Made by a program: the position numbers and the translations under genes
Notes under the pieces: generated by a model
Databases searched by the model: none
What the model was told of the DNA's origin: nothing
Seen by the model: the letters and a program-made list of their open reading frames with translations, nothing else
Source: Pseudomonadota bacterium
GTDB taxonomy: Bacteria > Pseudomonadota > Alphaproteobacteria > Sphingomonadales > Sphingomonadaceae
Direction: 5' to 3'
Length of the DNA: 64,000 nt
Assembly: GCA_040390165.1 (NCBI GenBank)
Contig: JAZJYW010000006.1
Location: 122,985-186,984, forward strand
Shown here: piece by piece, positions 59,135-64,000 of the stretch
Layout of the letters: each line of letters starts with the position of its first letter
How positions within the stretch are numbered: position 1 is the first letter of the stretch

Positions 59135-60231
59135 AGCGCCGCGCCCAAAGCGGGGACCGCGCCGTAATCGCGGTCTTCGCCGTCCACGATCGGTGCCGGC
59201 GCGGGATAGGAGATCGGCCCGGCCGGCGTATCGACCGTGATCCGGCGCAGATGCGGATGCGCCGCAAGCGCCGCCATATCGTTGACGCTGGCGAAGGCGA
59301 CGTCGGCGGCCGCGAGCCGATCGCGTGCCTCGGCCTCGGTCAGGACGGCGAAGGCTTCGGCGACCAGCCGGTCGGTCGCCGCGCGGTTGGCCACGCGCTC
59401 GACATTGGTGGCGAAACGCGGGTCCTTTGCCAGCGCAGGGTCGCCGAGAAAGCGTGACGCCAGAACGACCCATTCCCGGTCGCTCTGGATCGACAGCAAC
59501 ACCGACTTGCCGTCGCTCGTCTCGAAGACGCCGTACGGCGCGATCGAGGGATGAGCGAGGCCGATCCGCCTGGGCGAGTTGCCGCCTTCGTGGTGCAACA
59601 ACGGCACCGTCAGCCAGTCCGCCATCACGTCGAACATCGAAATCCTGATGTCGGCGCCCTCACCGCTCGACGCGCGCCCGATCAGCGCTTCGAGGATCGC
59701 GGCATGCGCGGTCGCGCCCGTCGCGATATCGACGATGGAGGTGCCGACCCGCGCCGGCGCGTCCGGTCCGCCGGTAACCGAAGCGAGCCCGGATTCGGCC
59801 TGGATCAGGAGGTCGTATGCCTTCCGCTCCGCCATCGGCCCGGTATCGCCATAGCCGCTGATCGAGCACACGATCAGGCGCGGATGGCGCTGGCGCAGCG
59901 CTTCGGGGCCGAAGCCCAGCCGGGCGAGCGCGCCGGGCTTGAGGTTCTGGACGACGATGTCGGCATCGCCGACCAACGCGGCGAAGGCGGCGCTGCCATC
60001 GGCGCTCGCCAGGTCGAGCACCACCGATTCCTTGCCGCGGTTGAGCCAGACGAAATAGCTGCTCTGCCCGGCCGCGACGGCATCGTAACCGCGCGCGAAA
60101 TCGCCCTCCGGGCGCTCGATCTTGATCACCCGCGCGCCGGCATCGGCCAGCCGCGAGGTGCAGAATGGCGCCGCGACCGCCTGCTCCACCGCAACGACCG
60201 TAATGCCTTCGAGGGGCAGCCGCCTGGCCAT
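59131..60231 (-). CDS. CaiB/BaiF CoA transferase (itaconate CoA-transferase Ict-like)
   Basis: [57 protein letters not shown]. Confidence 0.87.
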   Translation of the reverse strand: MARRLPLEGITVVAVEQAVAAPFCTSRLADAGARVIKIERPEGDFARGYDAVAAGQSSYFVWLNRGKESVVLDLASADGSAAFAALVGDADIVVQNLKPGALARLGFGPEALRQRHPRLIVCSISGYGDTGPMAERKAYDLLIQAESGLASVTGGPDAPARVGTSIVDIATGATAHAAILEALIGRASSGEGADIRISMFDVMADWLTVPLLHHEGGNSPRRIGLAHPSIAPYGVFETSDGKSVLLSIQSDREWVVLASRFLGDPALAKDPRFATNVERVANRAATDRLVAEAFAVLTEAEARDRLAAADVAFASVNDMAALAAHPHLRRITVDTPAGPISYPAPAPIVDGEDRDYGAVPALGAAL

Positions 60232-61403
60232 CAATAGGACCTCGGCATGCCGAGGACATGCTCGGACAAATAGCTGAGGATCATGTTCGTCGAGATCGGC
60301 GCGACCTGATAGAGGCGCGTCTCGCGGAATTTGCGCTCGACATCGTATTCCTCGGCGAATCCGAAGCCGCCATGCGTCTGCACCGCCGCTTCCGCCGCCG
60401 CCCAGGAGGCTTCGGCCGCGAGCATCTTGGCCATATTGGCCTGCTCGCCGCATTGCTCGCCCGCTTCGAATATCTTGGCTGCGTGCGTCACCATCAGCTC
60501 GGCGGCGCGCATCTGGGCATAGGCCTTGGCGATCGGAAACTGCACGCCCTGATTCTGCCCGATCGGGCGCCCGAAAAGGTGGCGTTCGTTGGCGTATCGG
60601 CGCGAGCGTTCTATGAACCACTTGGCATCGCCGATGCATTCGGCACCGATCAGGATGCGCTCGGCATTCATGCCGGAGAGAATGTAGCGGAACCCCTTGC
60701 CTTCCTCGCCGACGAGATTTTCCGCCGGTATCTCGACATTGTCGAAGAAGACCTCGGTCGTGGAATGGTTCATCATCGTGCGGATCGGCCGTATCGTCAG
60801 CCCGCCCGCCGCGCGCGCCGCGTTCATGTCGAGGATGAAGATCGACAGCCCGTCAATGCCGCGCGCCACCTGGTCGCGCGGCGTGGTGCGGGCCAGCAGC
60901 AGCATCAGATCCGAATATTCGGCGCGCGACGTCCAGATCTTCTGCCCGTTGACGATATAGCGGTCGCCGTCACGCACCGCGGTGGTCTTGAGCGCTCCGG
61001 TGTCGGTGCCGCTGCTGGGCTCCGTCACGCCGAACGCCTGGAGCCGCAACTCGCCGCTGGCGATGCGCGGCAGATAGCTTCGCTTCTGCTCTTCGCTCCC
61101 ATGCCGCAGCAGCGCGCCCATGATGTACATCTGGGCGTGGCCGGCCGAGCCGTTGCAGCCGGCGCGCTGGACCTCCTCGAGGATCGCGGCGGCGGCGGAA
61201 AGCGGCAGGCCCGAGCCGCCATATTCTTCGGGGATCAGCGCGGCGAGGAAGCCCGCGTCCCCCAGCGCCTTCACAAACTCTGCCGGATACGCCATCTCGC
61301 GGTCGAGCCGGCGCCAATATTCGTCCGGAAAGGATTCGCACAGCTTGGCGACGGCATCGCGAATTTCGGGAAAATTCGTTCCTTGCAAACCGTCCAGGGC
61401 CAT
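60231..61403 (-). CDS. Acyl-CoA dehydrogenase (putative methylsuccinyl-CoA-type, C5-dicarboxylate operon)
   Basis: HAQMYIMG, LRLQAFGVTEP, NGQKIWTSRAE, GMNAERILI, QTHGGFGFAEEYDVERKFRETRLYQVAPISTN. Confidence 0.88.
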   Translation of the reverse strand: MALDGLQGTNFPEIRDAVAKLCESFPDEYWRRLDREMAYPAEFVKALGDAGFLAALIPEEYGGSGLPLSAAAAILEEVQRAGCNGSAGHAQMYIMGALLRHGSEEQKRSYLPRIASGELRLQAFGVTEPSSGTDTGALKTTAVRDGDRYIVNGQKIWTSRAEYSDLMLLLARTTPRDQVARGIDGLSIFILDMNAARAAGGLTIRPIRTMMNHSTTEVFFDNVEIPAENLVGEEGKGFRYILSGMNAERILIGAECIGDAKWFIERSRRYANERHLFGRPIGQNQGVQFPIAKAYAQMRAAELMVTHAAKIFEAGEQCGEQANMAKMLAAEASWAAAEAAVQTHGGFGFAEEYDVERKFRETRLYQVAPISTNMILSYLSEHVLGMPRSY

Positions 61404-61484
61404 CCGCCATCCTCTAATTTGCGCGCAGACTGGAGCCCGGCGATCGTCCGGCTCGATTACCGCTGCCGCATCACCAATACGAAT

Positions 61485-61519
61485 ATAGTTTCGGCCATTG
61501 AGCTATACACGATTTGTAT
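61485..61519. promoter_or_regulatory. LysR binding boxes in divergent promoter
   Basis: ATAC-N7-GTAT (61505-61519, T-N11-A) and weaker ATAG-N7-CATT (61485-61499). Confidence 0.6.
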
Positions 61520-61538
61520 CGCTTGTTAGATCGCGGCG

Positions 61539-62468
61539 ATGGACATCGCGCAGCTCAAGACGCTCATTCACGTTGCCGAGCTGGGCAGCGTCAGCAAGGC
61601 GGCGGTGCGGCTCGGCATCGCCCAACCCGCGCTCAGCCGGCAAATCCGCCTGATGGAGGCCGAGCTAAATGCGCAGCTGTTCACGCGCCACGGGCGGGGA
61701 ATGGTGCTGACCGAATTGGGCCAGCGGCTGCTCGATCCGGCAAATGAAATCCTGTCGCGCCTCGATGAAATCCGGCGACTCGCGGTCGAGGGCGGCACGT
61801 CGTATCTGGGCCGCGTGCGGGTGGGCGTGACGCCCACCGTCGCCGAAATCGCCACGCTCCCGCTCGTCCACGCGATCCGCGATGCGCATCCCCGGCTGTC
61901 GCTGAGCTTCACTTCCGGCTTTTCGGGATATCTTGTCGAATGGCTCAAGCGCGACGAGCTCGATTGCTGCGTCGCGTATGAAGCGCAGGCCAGCGGGCTG
62001 GTGCGGACGCGTGCCATTCTTGATGAGACATTGCTGCTCGTCGGCGGCAGCGGTCATGCGCTGGCGATGGAGTCGCCGGTGGCATTCAAGTCGCTGGCGG
62101 GCGAGCAGCTGATACTGCCCAGCCAGGCACATGGCTTGCGCACGATTCTGGACGGCTGCGCCAGCCGCGCCGGGATCACGCTCATTTCATCGCTCGAAGT
62201 CGATTCGCTGACGGCGATGATCGAACTGGTCCGCGGCGGATTCGGCATGACGATCCTGCCGCTCGCGCCCATCCACGGCCAGGTGCTGCGCGGTGCCCTG
62301 ACAGCGGCGCCGCTGATCGATCCGGTCCCGAGCAGGCGCGTCCTGATCGCCTATCCCGCCGATCGCCCGGTCATGCCGGCGGCGCGCTTCGTCGGCGACG
62401 CCTTTGCCCAGGTCGCCACCGATCTGGTGCGCAGCGGCCGCTGGGCGGGGCGGCTGATCGGCGATTGA
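61539..62468 (+). CDS. LysR-family regulator divergent from the ACAD-ict-ich-ccl operon
   Basis: MDIAQLKTL...GSVSKAAVRLGIAQPALSRQIRLME...LFTRHGRG. Confidence 0.93.
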   Translation: MDIAQLKTLIHVAELGSVSKAAVRLGIAQPALSRQIRLMEAELNAQLFTRHGRGMVLTELGQRLLDPANEILSRLDEIRRLAVEGGTSYLGRVRVGVTPTVAEIATLPLVHAIRDAHPRLSLSFTSGFSGYLVEWLKRDELDCCVAYEAQASGLVRTRAILDETLLLVGGSGHALAMESPVAFKSLAGEQLILPSQAHGLRTILDGCASRAGITLISSLEVDSLTAMIELVRGGFGMTILPLAPIHGQVLRGALTAAPLIDPVPSRRVLIAYPADRPVMPAARFVGDAFAQVATDLVRSGRWAGRLIGD

Positions 62469-62483
62469 CCGGCTGAGGCGACA

Positions 62484-64000
62484 TTACGGCGTGATGTCGA
62501 AGCCCGGATAGCCGGAGGCCGCGACGGCGTTGCACTTCGCTTCATAGGCGGGAAAGCCGAACAGCGGCATGAACACGCGCGCCTTGCCCGGGACGTTGGC
62601 GCCGAGATACCAGGAATCGCAGCTCGTATAGAGCGTGCCCGCCGCCACCGCATTGACATGATCGACCCAGTCTTGCTGCGCCTGTAGCTGCGGCTCGATC
62701 GCCCGGCAGCTCCGCGCGCCGAGATAGGCGATCGTACCGGCCACCCAATCGACCTGCTGTTCGGCGGCGATCGGGACGTTGGCCAGCACCGACGGGCTAC
62801 CCGGGCCGACGAGGAGGAACATGTTTGGAAATCCCGCCGTGGCGATGCCGAGATAGGTTCCGGGACCGTCAGCCCAGGCGTCGCCCAGCCGCACGCCGCC
62901 GCGCCCGCGAATGTCGATTGCCAGCAGCGAACCGGTCATCGCGTCGAAGCCGGTCGCGAAGATCGCCACATCCAGCGGATATTCCGTCCCGCCCACCACC
63001 AGCCCGTTTTCGGTAAAGCGGCTGATCGGGTTCGCCTTGACGTCGATCAGGCGGACGTGTGGCAAGTTGAACGTCGCATAATAATCGGTGTCGATGCACA
63101 TGCGCTTGCAGCCCAAGGTCTGCTTCGGGCACAGCAGTTGGGCCGTGCCCGGGTCGGTCACCGTCGCGCGGATCTGATCGCGGACGAAATCGGCGACGAT
63201 CGCATTCGCCTCGAGATCGGAGCGCAGATCGCTATAGGTTGCCTGGATCCCCATGCCGCCTTCCGCCCACCGCGCCAGGAACGCGTCGCGGCGCTCCTCC
63301 GGCGAAGCGTCGAACACCGATTTGGCATCGGGATTGAGCCGGTCGGCGCCGCGGGCACCGATCATCTTGCGATTGCGGCGTCGGAAATCGGCATAATCGG
63401 ATTTTACGCGGTGCACTTCCGCCTGATCGAGGGGCGCATTGCGCGCCGGGACGGTGTAGGTGGCGGTGCGCTGGAACACGGTCAGCTCGGCCGCCAGCTT
63501 TGCAATCATTGGGATCGCCTGCACGCCCGAAGACCCCGTCCCGACGATGCCGACGCGCTTGCCCGCAAGATCGACACCCTCGTGCGGCCAGTGCCCAGTA
63601 TGCAGGATTTGCCCGGCAAAACGCTCCGTGCCTTCGATTTGCGGCCGCATTGCAGTGGAAAGGCATCCGACCGCCAGCACGAGGTAGCGCGACACGGCCG
63701 TCGAACCGTCGCCAAAAGCAAGGGTCCACACGGCCTGTTCTTCGTCATAATGCGCGGAACGGACTTCGGTGTCGAACCGGAAGCTGCGGCGCAGATCGAA
63801 GCGATCGGCGACGTGGTTCAGATAGGCCAGGATTTCCGGCTGGCTCGCGAACTTCTCCTTCCACTCCCATTCCTGCTGGAGCTCCTCCGAGAAGCTATAC
63901 GAATATTCCATGCTCTCGATGTCGCAGCGTGCGCCCGGGTAGCGGTTCCAGTACCAGACGCCGCCCACGCCGGCGCCGCGCTCATAGCCCTGGACCGAAA
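62484..64000 (-). CDS. Type I Baeyer-Villiger monooxygenase (cyclohexanone/phenylacetone monooxygenase type), 5' end beyond window
   Basis: GGVWYWNRYPGARCD, fingerprint FAGQILHTGHWP, GTGSSG, ATGFDAMTG, SWYLGANVPGK. Confidence 0.93.
   Translation of the reverse strand, partial: SVQGYERGAGVGGVWYWNRYPGARCDIESMEYSYSFSEELQQEWEWKEKFASQPEILAYLNHVADRFDLRRSFRFDTEVRSAHYDEEQAVWTLAFGDGSTAVSRYLVLAVGCLSTAMRPQIEGTERFAGQILHTGHWPHEGVDLAGKRVGIVGTGSSGVQAIPMIAKLAAELTVFQRTATYTVPARNAPLDQAEVHRVKSDYADFRRRNRKMIGARGADRLNPDAKSVFDASPEERRDAFLARWAEGGMGIQATYSDLRSDLEANAIVADFVRDQIRATVTDPGTAQLLCPKQTLGCKRMCIDTDYYATFNLPHVRLIDVKANPISRFTENGLVVGGTEYPLDVAIFATGFDAMTGSLLAIDIRGRGGVRLGDAWADGPGTYLGIATAGFPNMFLLVGPGSPSVLANVPIAAEQQVDWVAGTIAYLGARSCRAIEPQLQAQQDWVDHVNAVAAGTLYTSCDSWYLGANVPGKARVFMPLFGFPAYEAKCNAVAASGYPGFDITP

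Overview
GC-rich alphaproteobacterial DNA. A sphingomonad origin is inferred from the TonB-dependent receptors, four Spinster-type MFS permeases and GGGAGAGG-type ribosome-binding sites. Bases 1-2.3 kb carry a partial Crp/Fnr regulator and a membrane diguanylate cyclase. At 2348-2368 there is an isolated 21-bp copy of a tRNA-Gly 3' end, a candidate att site, followed by a decapitated LysR gene. The remaining ~61 kb is a dense catabolic region of about 50 genes with no integrase or transposase inside the window. Recognisable modules: (i) an IclR-linked unit with two VOC proteins, two paralogous uncharacterised alpha/beta hydrolases, PrpF, PrpB, AcuI and a CoA transferase; (ii) an ipfF-A-B-D-E-like aryl-acyl-CoA dioxygenation/deacylation module (CoA ligase, Rieske alpha/beta, Ltp2-like thiolase-fold protein with an apparent CTG start, DUF35); (iii) beta-oxidation-type genes including a fused double acyl-CoA dehydrogenase; (iv) two Baeyer-Villiger monooxygenases and an HSL-family esterase; (v) a second thiolase/DUF35/MaoC/SDR/PaaG-like set beside an alpha-only Rieske oxygenase; (vi) an mhpB-C-ALDH-A-like meta-cleavage unit lying co-directionally just downstream of an itaconate/methylsuccinate-type (ACAD-ict-ich-ccl) operon. 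Enzyme families are well supported by motifs. Substrates are inferences only, and no database search was run.
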